Source: Macrostomum lignano (Eukaryota). Taken from it: a stretch of DNA of 64,000 nt. The translations under genes were made by a program, and so were the position numbers. Numbering within the stretch: position 1 is the first letter of the stretch; each line of letters starts with the position of its first letter. The notes beneath the pieces were generated by a model that was not told the origin of the DNA, did not search any database, and worked only from the letters and a program-made list of their open reading frames with translations. Location of the stretch: NCBI GenBank assembly GCA_002269645.1, contig NIVC01000996.1, positions 323,758 through 387,757 of the forward strand. The letters are read 5' to 3'. This document shows positions 52,147 through 64,000 of this stretch, piece after piece.

Positions 52147-55100
52147 GGCTGGTTAGTCAGTTAGTCAGTGATTTTTTTCTATTGCAAAATATTAATCTTG
52201 GGGTCAAACTCACGGGACTCGACCTATGTATTTGGTGAAATTCTGAAGGAATTTTTCCGTAAAACCCTTCGTATACTCGTAGCTAGGTTCATTAGTTACT
52301 TACTTTGACTCAATTCAGTCAAAGAAAATAATTGAGCACTTCGCCATGCTCGTATTGTGCCATAATTCGCTTCTGTAGAGTTTTCTATCACGCTTATACA
52401 CTAACACCTCTCAACTGCAACAGATGAGAGGTTAATTTGACAGCGTCCCAGTGGCTAGCTGCCGCCTAGTTGCAGGCAGCGAATTCAATGCTACCCATGT
52501 CAGACTTAGCTAAAAAGATTTCTATTGTATTTTCTCACAGATACGCTAAACAGGTTACTATCAGCCGTAGCTACTCTAACGCAATGCACTTTCGTTCCAA
52601 AGGTCCTGGGCTCGATTCCATGTCTTGTATTTCTCAATAGATTTCATCGGCAATGGTCACATTTGAACAAAATTGGGCACATATGGGAAATATATAAAGT
52701 TAATATCGTAGATGAACTAAAAGCTAGATCTTTACTGCATTCTTTTTAGGTAGACTTTCAAAACTTGAAAAATTTTACTTTCAAAAGTTCTTATTAAGCT
52801 TATCCAATGGTGTTTAAGTAAGATTTGGAGAAATCACTCATCGTGCTCTTTGGGGACACGGGTCGCCAAGCCATCATAAAGCCGAAATATCATAAACCCG
52901 AAATATCACAAACCCGAAATATCACAAACCCGAAATATCCTAAACCCGAAATATCACAAACCCGAAATATCACAAACCCGAAATATCATAACTGCGAAAA
53001 CTAAAAAATACTGTTGGACATTGCTAGAACTTTCAGAGTTATGATATTTCGGGTTTGTGATATTTCGGGTTTATGATGGACAATGCTATTTTGGTTTTCG
53101 CGGAGTTGTGATTCTTCGGGTTTGTGATGCCCCCCCCCTCCCTAATAAATGATTCGCAGGTAATTCAATGGACTCCCTACGCCCATCGCCACGATGTCAG
53201 CAAAGACCTGCCGGATTACCTCACCCAGCCGAATCCAGACGGTCCTCTCGAGGAGGACGGTGCCGCCGCGCACCCGGCCACCAGCTCCGTGGTCAGAGTG
53301 GTCCAGGCAGCGCCTGCGGACCACGCTCTACGCGAGGTGCCCACCCCGCCGCCAATGATTGCCCGAGCGTCACCGCGCACAATCCGGTGTCGCAGAGCCA
53401 GTTCACCCTGGCCCTGGCCGCGGCCGCCACCCAGACTGTGTGGAACTCCAGCCTGCTGTCGCTGCCGCTGCACACCAGCGAGATCGAGGACTTGAAACCG
53501 CATCTGCTGGCCTACTGCGAGATCTACGGAATTGGCGCTGTGAGACTGAGGCACTGGGCGAGTGGGGGAGAAGGTCGAGGTTTCAAGGGAAACCAGTTTA
53601 CAAGTATTGCTAATTAAAATAGATGGAAGACCTATAAAGAGTTCTTCGAGGCATCACTATCTGGAGGGGTTGCTAAGCAATTAGCTCATTACTGGGTATT
53701 GGAAGGGAGGAGACAGAGAGGGAGACAGGGAGAGTGGAAGACTGGGAGAGAGGGAGACTGGGAGAGAGGGAGACTGGGAGAGAGGGAGACTGGGAGAGAG
53801 GGAGACTGGGAGAGAGGGAGACTGGGAGAAGGAGACAAGGAGAGAGGGAGACTTGCAGTGGGAGACAGGGAGACTGGGAGAGAGGAAGACTGGGAGACTG
53901 GAAGAGAGGAAGACAGGGAGACGGGGAGACTGGGAGAGAGGGCCACAAGGAGACTGGGAGACTGGGAGACAGGGAGACTGGGAGAGAGGAAGACTGGGAG
54001 ACAGGGAGACTGGGAGACTGGGAGACTGGGAGACTGGGAGACAGAAAGACGGGGAGACTGGGAGAGAGGGAGACAAGGAGATTGGGAGACTGGGAGACTG
54101 GGAGACTGGGAGAGGGAGACTGGAGACTGGGAGACGGGAGAGAGGGAGACAGGGAGACTGGGAGACTGGGAGAGAGGAAGACTGGGAGACAGGGAGACTG
54201 GGAGAGAGGAAGACTGGGAGACAGGGAGACTGGGAGACTGGGAGACTGGGAGACTGGGAGACAGAAAGACGGGGAGACTGGGAGAGAGGGAGACAAGGAG
54301 ATTGGGAGACTGGGAGACTGGGAGAGAGGGAGACTGGGAGACGGGGAGAGAGGGAGACAGGGAGACTGGGAGACTGGGAGATAGGGAGACTTGGAGACAG
54401 GATGAGGGAGACAGGGAGAGGGAGAGACTCGGAGAGAGAGAGAGGGAGACTGGGAGAGGGAGACAGGGAGAGGGAGACAGGGAGAGGGAGACAGGGAGAG
54501 GGAGAGACTCGGAGAGAGAGAGAGAGAGGGGGGGGAGACTGGGAGAGGGAGACAGGGAGAGGGATACTGGGAGAGGGAGACAGGGAGACTGGAAGACTGG
54601 GAGAGGGGCCGGAGACTGGGAGAGGGAGACAGGGAGAGGGAGAGACTCAGAGAGAGAGAGAGAGAGAGGGAGACTGGGGGAGGGAGACTGGGAGAGGGAG
54701 ACAGGGAGAGTGGGAGACTGGGAGAGGGAGACTGGGAGAGGGAGAGACTCAGAGAGAGAGAGAGGGAGACTGGGAGAGGGAGACAGGGAGAGTGGGAGAG
54801 TGGGAGAGTGGGAGAGGGAGACTGGGAGAGGGAGACAGGGAGAGGGAGAGACTCAGAGAGAGAGAGGGAGACTAGACGGCAAGTGACCCTGCAGTTTCAC
54901 AGCGCACAGTCAGAATCCGCTATCCCGCTTTTCAGAACGCCGAAACCCTGCAGTGCGCGTCAGACGAAATGGAACTGTTCGCTTGTGTCAATCGCAAATT
55001 TCGTCAGTTATTTTTCCAGCAGGAGGTGCAAAGAACCTTCCGGACTTACGATCATAGAGAGGTGAGCTGCAAAATTAACTCGATAAATTTTCAAATTAAA

Positions 55101-58100
55101 ATTTCTAAATTATATTGAGTATGGCTGAATTATCGTACATTAGGACGCATAATTTAAGCAATTCTCATACTTAAAGCACAGGTGTCTCTGAGGACCTACA
55201 GTCCATGACACCCTGGAGTCCCTGACACCCTTGAGTCCTTGACTCACTTGAGTCTCTGACACCCTGCAGTCCCTGACACCCTTGAGTCCCTGACACCCTT
55301 GAATCCCTGACATCCTTGAGTCCCTGACATCCTTGAGTCCCTGACACCCTTGAGTCCCTGACACCCTTGAATCCCTGACATCCTTGAGTCTCTGAAACCC
55401 TTGAATCCCTGACATCCTTGAGTCTCTGACACCCTTGAATCCCTGACATCCTTGAGTCTCTGACATCTTTGAGTCTCCAACACCTTTGAGTCCCTGACAC
55501 CGTTGAGTTTCTGACACCCTTGAGTCCCTGACTCGCTTGAGTCTCTGACACCCTGCAGTCTCTGACACCCTGCAGTCCCTGACACTCTGGAGTCCCTGGC
55601 ACCCTTTCAAAAGATAAAAAATTCAATAGAAGTCCAAGTCTATTTGCTCATAAACATTTTAAACGGAACAGTTTCAACAGGAAGACGGTGTCTCAATTGA
55701 GAACAAGATTGCCAAATACAAACCAAAGGTTGGCCATTTTAAACAAAACGATTCTGTTTCTGTTTCTGTCTCTGAACAATAATTTTGATCTATAAATGCT
55801 AAACTTCTTTGACAATTTATATAGGGCCATTTCCTAGAACCATGCATGCATTTTTTTGAAGAAAAAAACTATTTGATTCTTTATTTTATCTGCAAATTTT
55901 CATGATCTGTCTGAAAATAAGTGTTTACTTCAATTTGCACTTTTGTTTTTATAGCAAAAAATTTAAAAATGTTTACTTAAATCTACTAGCTAAATTTACG
56001 TGTCCATGTTTTTCGGGTTTCTAAATCTCTATCATTAATTGCATGAGGCGATCGTTTCTAACACAGTTTTTTCCGTATTTATATTTACGCATGATATTAC
56101 TTACTGTCAAGTCTGTTCAGTAGTTAATTTGTACTCTATCTATCATGAGTGCTATGTTAAGTGATAATTTAACATATATTTAGATCCGTGTAAATAGGTT
56201 ATTAAGTCAATAGGTTTATACTAAATACTCGTAGTTGCAAAGCTTGAGATTTTTTTGAAGATTTAAACTAGATATAAAATTAGAGAGTAATAATATCTAA
56301 GATTGACGGAGAAGATTAGCAAGATTAGATGGAGAGATATGGCAGAGATGGAGACTGGTAGAGAGGGAAAATGGTAGAGAGGGAGACTGGGAGAGAGGGA
56401 GAGAGGGCGACTTGGAGGGAGGTAGAGAAGGAGAGTGGTAGAGACACTGGTAGAGAGAGTGAGAGAGAGAGTGTGTGTGTGGTAGAGAGACTGGTAGAGA
56501 AGGTGACGGGAGAGAGGGAGAATGATAGAGAGACAGGGGAGAGAGGGAGACTGGCAGCATGAGAATAAGACTAGCAGAGATCGCAGTGTACGAGCGTATG
56601 GATCAGCATCTAAAATCTGGCAGATCTAATCTGAGAGTCTTCAAATCGACGCAGTCATCTACTCATTCTGAACCAAACCAATTAACAGACTGACGTGGAG
56701 AAATGGGGTCTGGACACGCCCAACCACGCTCTACGCAAGCCGGCCAACTGGTTGAAGTACGCGAAGCTCCAACCGGAAAAAAACCTTGCAGCCGAGCAGA
56801 CCATGACCGAGCTGAGGCGTCGCAAACAAGTCGACGAGTTGCTTCGTTCCGCCTGTCGCTTCGTAGGAGTAAGCGACCCCGAGCGGGTGCAGGACGTGCT
56901 ACGAAATCACGCGTCTTCGGTGGCGAATCCGCCACATCTGCATGGCACCGCGGTGGCCACCTACGCCAGCGGAAAAAAGACCATCGAGACTTGGAGAAAA
57001 ATCTATTCGAATCCGCAGATTTACGAGTGAGCATGTTTGATATGTTGCATTGATATGTTGCCAGATACTTTTTCGAGGGCCCGACGCTGTTAAAAATGTA
57101 TTGAAGCGGTAGCTGTTAAGCCGAAAGCTCTTAAATGCTATCGGTGCCTTCATCGGTGCCATTTTGTCATTGGTTGTTAGCTTCGGGCATTCCAAATCCG
57201 TTAGGTAGGCATTGCTTAAATTCAATTCATCAGAAACACGTCGACTTTTCCACAACCCACTCAAAATATTTTATCCCAGCGAATCCGTGAGTTTCCAATC
57301 GTCCAGCGAGACTCGCAAAAAGAAACGCCGGGACAGTTTCGATTTCAACCAGACGATGCAAATGCTCGGCTTGAACGATGCGGACTCGATGAAAGACGAT
57401 CCGGCAGGTGTTCAAGGTGCCTACTTATCTTACCTGCACCTGAGACATCTGAAAACGCGCGACCTTCGACGCACCTGCCTGTCCTATTTGAACTACTTCC
57501 GTTCGCTGGAGCGAACGGTGACAATTAACGATCAGGGAATCTTTGAGGAGGGAGGCTCCGTTGAGAGATCGCCGCTCGATCAACGGGTTGGCAACGAGTC
57601 CGAGGGCTATCAGGGTGGAACGAATCCATTAGGTTGCCATGACTACATGTACAGCACACCGAAGGATCACAAGTGAGAATTCAATAGACTTTAGAGCGAT
57701 TGTCTTTTCTTGTAGACACTCAGAAGTCAAGACGTGCTGTTTGAGTTACATTAATTAATTGACTCAAATCTACACCAGGTACGAAGAGACCGACTTCATG
57801 CGTTTTCAAGACGTTGAAAACTACGACGACTTCTATACGCACGAAGAGGGCCGGGTCCACGTCCGCGACCATCGGGGCTACTATGTGGTCTACGATCAGG
57901 CTATGGACGATCTAAAGTGAGTAGTATTGACTCTCTCGATCTGGGATTGGAGGTCCAATGTACGGGAAAAGGGATTGAAGGTCCCAGTGTACTCGTCACG
58001 AATAAAAAAATGAACTTTGAATCACAGGAACCTAGAGGAGGACCTCCTACTAGTCGCTTCGTACTACATTCAAAAAGACCGCGACGCCATGGAGAAGCTG

Positions 58101-61100
58101 GCTACTCGTCGGGCCTCGAAATCCACTGGTGGCGGCGGCGGAGACGAGGAGGGCGGCGACTTTGCCATCGGAAAATACGGCCACGCCGCGGTGGACAGAT
58201 TCGCCGTTGCCATGGACATGTGGAATCAGGAGGCGCAGTTCATGCAGAGCAAGAAGGTCTGTCTGTGGATTTATTGGTCTAAATTTGTAAAATGTATCCA
58301 ATACTAATAGAATGAACAAACCACCGTTTCCAGGCACTACTTGACCTGTACATGGAAGCCTATCACAACACGTTCGACCGAGACGAGAAACGTCACTTAA
58401 GTCAGGCAGTGATCTCTCTGATTTATCGCCGACCCAGATACGACTTCTCCGCTGCCTATTTTCTCACTACCTATCGTTTGGAGTGCACCTCGCTGAGGCT
58501 GCATGCATCCCTGGTGCAGAAGTTCATGGAACGGCAGATCAGCCAGCAGAGAGACTACGTCAACCGTCTGAACAGGGACTCCGGGTCGCAGGGTCTGCCG
58601 CTGGATTTCGTTGCCAAACAGCTAGTGTCTATTCACACTGATCAGTGAGTTATTTTAAAAAAATGGACGAAATTTGATCGGAACTTCCTGCACACTTTAG
58701 GCAAAGACTTGAAAGTTTTTTTCATTAAGAGACAAACTTCAAGGTAAAAAGGGTCGGCAAGCTCTTTCACTCATACCTCAGATAGAGAATCCAGCTCATG
58801 ACCTCGGGCCGGATGAGAGAAGAAATGAGAGGGAATAGAAGTCGAGAGAGAAGAGAAGGGAGAGGCTAGACTTGTATAGATGAGAGATGAGAGAAGAGAG
58901 AAGGATGGGAGGGTATTCAGGTAAAGAAGAGGGAAAGAGAGAGACAGCTGAGAAGAGACACAAACCTGAGCGGGTGGGATTGCTATTCTGCAGTTTCAAA
59001 GGACCCGAGGGCCGGATAGAGAGGCTTCACGGGTCGCATGTGGCCCGCGGGCCGGAATTTGTCAACATTTTCTGTTAAAAAGTGACAAATTAAAAAATTA
59101 TTCGTCAAAGCTACTATAGCTAACTAGCTGGTGGAAACGTCATCACTTCAACGTGAGTGCAGTAAATAACCACACATTGGTAACCAACTTGAACCAACTC
59201 CAGAGCCGCATCGAAGAGCCAATACCTGCTGGAGTTTCATCCATCGCTCAGTGTGGTCAGCCGTCTACCCAAGGCGTTTCAGCACGCGCTAACAGAACTG
59301 GTCAATTTGCACCAAGCCAAGACTAGCAACGAAGAAATTCAATTGGAACGAAGTATGTTTGAAGTGTTGCACAAGGAGTGGGACGGCTTGGATCAACTTG
59401 GAGCGTCCTACACGCAGCAGACTAAGAATAATGTAATTTTTTCAATGAATTTGCTTATAATAGAACGCTTATGTGTCCAGAATAACTTGCAAAAATGCTA
59501 ATCTGTCCGAAATCCATAGCACAAAATTAAAATTACTTATTCAAAAGTACATGTAGCTTTCGAAGCCAAGTATCTAAAATAATCTTTTAAAAGCTACCTG
59601 TTCAAGGCTACCTATCCAAAGCTACCTGTTCAAACCCACCTATCCAAAGCTACCTGTTCAAGGCTACCTATCCAAAGCTACCTGTTCAAAGCTACCTATC
59701 CAAAGCTACCTGTTCAAAGCTACCTATCCAAAGCGACCTGTTCAAAGCTACCTATCCAAAGCTACCTGTTCAAGGCTACCTATCCAAAGCTACCTGTTCA
59801 AAGCTACCTATCCAAAGCTACCTATTCAAAGCTACCTATCCAAAGCTACCTGTTCAAGGCTCCTATCCAAAGCTACCTGTTCAAAGCTACCTATCCAAAG
59901 CTACCTGTTCAAGGCTACCTATCCAAAGCTACCTGTTCAAGGCTACCTATCCAAAGCTACCTGTTCAAGGCTACCTATCCAAAGCTACCTGTTCAAAGCT
60001 ACCTATCCAAAGCTACCTGTTCAAAGCTACCTATCCAAAGCTACCTGTTCAAAGCTACCTATCCAAAACTACCTGTTCACAGTTACGTATCCAAAAGTTG
60101 TTAACTGTCCAGAGTTACCTGTCCAGTGTTATCTATCAAGAGTTACCTGTCTGAGTTACCTGTCCAGATTTACCTGTCACGAGTTACCTGTCACGAGTTA
60201 CCTGTCCAGAGCTACCTGTACAGAGTTACGAGAGTCCAGAGTCCAGAACTGAATTATACGGTAAAAAAAGTACGTCATTTCTTACCTCCGTTTCACAGCT
60301 GTTCTCGGGCGTCTTCATGGACGATCCCCAAGCGGTGGCCAGTCTGGCAAAGTCAGCTATGGCGAGGCTGACAAAGCCAACGCTCGATCCGATAAGCCAA
60401 CGCTCGATCCGATAAGAAGCTCCGCAAAAAGCGTCTACTAGAATCCGCTGGCCAAGTACTGGAACTGGTGACGCAGCGTCATAGACTATGCGAACTGGCC
60501 TGGGAGTCAGAGATCCTCGCCAAGATCTACAAGGCCATCTCCGTGGACACCGGATTCGGCGAATATCACGCCTTCATTCGCTACATTCAACTCGAATCGG
60601 CCAGACGCGTTGAAGGCGCTGAGACAGCAAAAGCTCCTGCCAGCATTGTGCAAGTTCTCGAAGACGACAGCGCTGTGGACAAGTGAGTTTGAAGCCACAT
60701 TGGTGTACGACGCTCGTCGGCTGGAATCTCAAATTAAAATCGTAGACTTTATTTGCAGCAGTGCAACAATCTAACTCAGGTGTTTTCTGCCTGTCTGTCT
60801 CTGCTTGTTTACAGATTTCAACCGTCTCACTATCTGCTAGCGATTCAAGAGATCGACGAAGGACATCTGGGCAGGTTCTCCTTCCGATCCAAGGACTCAA
60901 TTCAGGCGGTGAGTTTCGCAACTGGATAGCTAAATCGATGATAATGTTACGACTAGATTCCAAGAGGTATGAACTGCTGAAATATCAATTCTTTTATACA
61001 GCTGCTCACGAGCTCAGGAATCCAAAATCTGCAAGTCGTATTGAAGCTACAGACGGTGCATCGGAACGCGTTGAGCTCAGCTGTGTTGCTGGCTCACAAC

Positions 61101-63719
61101 TGCCGCTTTGACCCAGGCGATGTGGGCCAAGGAGGTCAAGGAGCACTGAAAAGGTGAGGGTAACGTGTAAGAAAGCGTCATTTTTTTATAATTTTGCTTG
61201 TTGCTAGGTCGCTGTCACGAAGCTGTGATGGTATTTCGTCTCGGGCTATTGCTGGTGTTGATATCTACATGTAAGACATCTGAGAAGAACAAAAATCTAT
61301 TAAAAAATTGTCTGCTAAAATAGTTACGGGAATTAGAATAAAATATCCTGCGCAAACAGAGTAATACTCGTCGTATGAAGCTTCAGGGCAGTTGAATTCT
61401 AAATTGAGTCACGCCTTTGATGCATGTTGCTACTCGTAGAATTTCTATTGCGCCTCCATCTTCTTGAGTAATTAGGTAAAATGCTCGTACTTTATCATCT
61501 GCAGTAAGGTTTTTAAAATTCGGAACTTTATTCGAGATCTCCGGTTCAAATGCATCACGGGGAGCACTATACATGTACAAGTTCAAACTACACTGAAAAC
61601 TTCAATTTCTAGCTCGTTTCTTCACATGGCACTTTGAGCAGGTGCAGGATCTTTGGTCTCGCAATCCTCATTGTGTCGCAGGCCAGTTTATGGTAGTGCT
61701 GCTTGAATTCTCGATTGGCTCGAAATTTCTCTAGAAAGGTCCAGTGCCGAAACTTCTTGGGTATAGCGCTTTCACGTGTCTATCTGTTAACACATTTTTA
61801 ATACTCTACCGTCATATCCATATTAGCATTTTGCTTGGAATCCGATGTACAAACATGTACGTATTCACAAAGAATCTAAGCTAATGCAAGCACAATGCAA
61901 CTCCGACGTGAATACCACCGTTTGTTACAGAAGCCCACCTATGAGGCCAAGATTAATCAATAGCAACTATAAAGATGCTGCTAATGTAACATCGACGCTA
62001 CTTCAAGCGTACGTGCCGTGGGTATTAGTGTCATTATGTAGATTTTGATATTGTCGGATGAATTTTCAAAATCGTATAAAAATTTGAGCTTCTGCATTAT
62101 GTGTCTAGTTCGTGCAATAAGAAATTATTGTTTGATATTTTAGTTGGCCTATTTAATTTTTGTAGCTATCCTTTCATGATTGTCGCTCATTGACTCAATC
62201 AGTAGATTTTGTGTTGTTTGGATCAATTTTCGTTGCTATTCGTGACGTTTATTTTTGCCAAAACTATGGACTATCCTAGAATTACATTTTTAAATCCAAA
62301 TTTATAAATTTAATGTTAAGAAACATTTGGATTATTTACAAAATTAATCCGTTTGTTACGACACTAATCCTAATTTATTAAACCCCACGCGCACACAAAA
62401 ACAGTGGTCGAATGTCGCCAAGCGACACGCGCTCCGAACGGTCGACAATCACAGCCATGACCGGATTCTCGATCGGCGGCGGCAGTGGCGCTGCGTCAGC
62501 TGCAGCGGCGACCGCGGCAGCGACTGCGGCTTCGTTCCGAGCATTGAGAAGCAGCGCTCCACTGGCCACTTCGATCCAGAGTCATTCTTTTCTGTGCAGC
62601 TGGAGAAGACACCCAGTAGAAATAGAATGATCAACTCGTTTGCGGCTAAGAAAGAGGGCTCGACCATGCTACTAAAGAGCCAGTCTGAGTTGGAGAAACT
62701 CAAACGCGAATTAATCAGTCAGCTAAGCGACGATTTTAATCAGCGAGTCTCCCAGGCGAGCATGCGAGCCCAGATAATTGGATATTATAATTCAATTCGA
62801 GATTGTCTAGCCCAAATGCCAGCCATTGCCAGCGCCTATTTCATGCTGGGTGAGAAAAACGAACCGAAACCCGAAGAGGAGCCGGAGTCAGTCGTGGCGG
62901 ATCCGAGGACACTAAAGAAGCGGCCAAGGCAGTTGCTTTCGGAATCTGGCGACGAATTGCTCAACTTGTGGTACGGATGATGCATTTGTGTATCTATGGC
63001 GGCAGTACGAACGTAGCCAAGATAGGGATCTCTTCCTCATAGCAGCTTTCATCCACATTTTAAAACCAATTTTACGGCTTATATAAAGAAACATGATATA
63101 TCATAACTTCAGTTTTGGTGAACCAGGTTTTCTAAGGGTGAATTCGTTTCCCGTATCTCAGTGAAAATTTTACAACTCAAAACAATAGAGTATGAGTTTT
63201 TCATATAGTTTAAATTTCTTTACCCATAATCTTGAAATTGTGATGCAAGAGAACTCATACTTACGACTTTTCTTAACCTTCCTTTCTTACGTACTCCTTG
63301 ACCGTTATAATTCTGTCTTAGGGTGATACAATATCGCTTGGTAGACATCTATTAAAATTAAAAGCAATCATTTTCATTTGTCAACCTCATAAATGTCCCA
63401 TACTCAGCTACAATGTAGACTTGTACAAGGACTTTTTTATCGTTTGCTACTCAGCTCGAATTGTTCAGTATCTTTCGTTTTGATCCTCACCAGGTTCGTA
63501 CCGCACTACTCCGACCTACTAAAATGTTCCGCGGTCTCGACGACAAGCGCGCCACTAAAGCGCTAGAAAATGCGGTGAAAATTGTCGGTTCATTTCACGA
63601 CATTCTGCAGTACCTGATCGGCTACTCGCAGTTGGGCACGAGCGGTAGTCGGAGCGGCGCTGCTCGGGCTGAGGAGCCAGCAGCGTCAGACACTGACTGG
63701 AGCGGCAGTCAGGGCTTAG
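49454..63719 (+). CDS. CCDC162: CCDC162/C6orf183 (DUF4549)-like large protein, at least 17 exons, continuing beyond the window; frame breaks as assembled
   Basis: Hand-built exons: 49454-49578, 49696-49879, 51305-51429, 51794-51977, 53160-53539, 54936-55061, 56689-57026, 57280-57672, 57779-57916, 58028-58256, 58334-58644, 59204-59432, 60299-60682, 60815-60908, 61002-61153, 61208-61270 (tentative), 62405-62970, 63494-63719. All are GT-AG with compatible phases. The N-terminus (LKNEIEEN...SSIPIPKDAKYFKLER...EY...LLLLH...HLLRWRRF...DIVLYIRWLVAHL) matches the DUF4549 pattern as I recall it; no search was run. -1 frame breaks occur near 53.3k, 60.36-60.40k, 62.53k and 63.52k. Confidence 0.8.
50050..51200. 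repeat. 21-23 bp minisatellite (TGACAACTCAGTTTGACACACAC)
   Basis: Seen directly; it fills intron 2 of the CCDC162-like gene. Confidence 0.95.
52075..52150. repeat. (TTAG)n microsatellite
   Basis: Seen directly. Confidence 0.9.
52860..53130. mobile_element. Small foldback-like element with inverted arrays of a 16-bp unit (AAACCCGAAATATCAC)
   Basis: About 6 direct copies at 52880-52990, and inverted copies (GATATTTCGGGTTT) at 53040-53125. No TSD recognised. Confidence 0.5.
53695..54875. repeat. GGGAGACT/GA-rich minisatellite tract
   Basis: Seen directly; it fills an intron. Confidence 0.92.
55200..55605. repeat. 17-bp minisatellite (CCCTGACACCCTTGAGT)
   Basis: Seen directly. Confidence 0.92.
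58990..59075. mobile_element. Degenerate hAT-type terminal fragment
   Basis: GGGTCGCATGTGGCCCGCGGGCCG resembles the reverse complement of the subterminal palindrome of the 41-kb hAT element (GGGCCGCATGCGGCCCGCGGGCCG). Confidence 0.45.
59590..60075. repeat. 28-bp minisatellite (dimer of 14-bp AAAGCTACCTRTYC)
   Basis: Seen directly; a degenerate TTACCTGTC tail extends to about 60240. Confidence 0.93.
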
Positions 63720-64000
63720 GTGAGCGGCCAATGTCATTGGATATCGCTTTAACGAAATGCAAGATATGTAGTTTGTAGCCTCAAATTTATCCACTTCTAA
63801 TGACACTAATTTTCTGTAGCACTATATGGACCCATTTGCATTTCATTTTAAAACTGTCAACCCCTGTGTACCAGCTCAGCAATTAACGTTAATTTTACTG
63901 GCATTTAGCTTCATGATCTGTTAGTTTTACAAACCTCTATACTTCGGATGGATTTATCTTAAGCGCAAGCGTAATTTATCTTAAACAATAATTTTCTGAC

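Noticed and set aside
52075-52150. (TTAG)n as an interstitial telomere
   Set aside because: It is not TTAGG or TTAGGG; it is a short ordinary tetranucleotide microsatellite.
52560-52625. tRNA gene (GTAGCT...GGGCTCGATTCC); similar B-box-like words at about 44410 and 52225 on the minus strand
   Set aside because: No cloverleaf could be folded and the A box is poor. At most these are degenerate tRNA-SINE heads.
62378-63094. Minus-strand ORFs overlapping CCDC162-like exons (also at 53.1-53.5k, 56.6-57.3k and 60.5-61.0k)
   Set aside because: These are antisense shadows. The plus-strand frames have the splice sites and family-like motifs.

Overview
Eukaryotic (animal) genomic DNA, very rich in simple repeats. 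Exon style, an NPF-type gene and minisatellite-filled introns weakly suggest a lophotrochozoan such as a free-living flatworm; this is inference only. Left to right: (1) an 18-bp satellite of at least 10.8 kb that runs off the left edge; (2) a 5'-truncated RNase H-type LINE fragment sitting in a minisatellite; (3) the main coding exon of an NPY/NPF precursor on the minus strand, whose last exon I could not find; (4) an intact 8-exon ZnT1/SLC30A1-type zinc exporter on the minus strand, with a GC-AG last intron; (5) a ~15 kb AT-rich, strongly CpG-depleted block (about 33.9-48.6 kb) holding a full-length young hAT transposon (8-bp TSD, one nonsense codon), a MITE and a Helitron-like fragment; (6) a multi-exon CCDC162/C6orf183 (DUF4549)-like gene on the plus strand, continuing past the right edge, with several -1 frame breaks. 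The most interesting signal is a ~490-bp inverted repeat pair straddling the right edge of the CpG-depleted block. The copy inside the block differs from the outside copy mostly by C>T and G>A changes in CpG and non-CpG contexts, which suggests a localized RIP-like or methylation-driven hypermutation domain in an animal genome. All counts are by hand; no database search was run.
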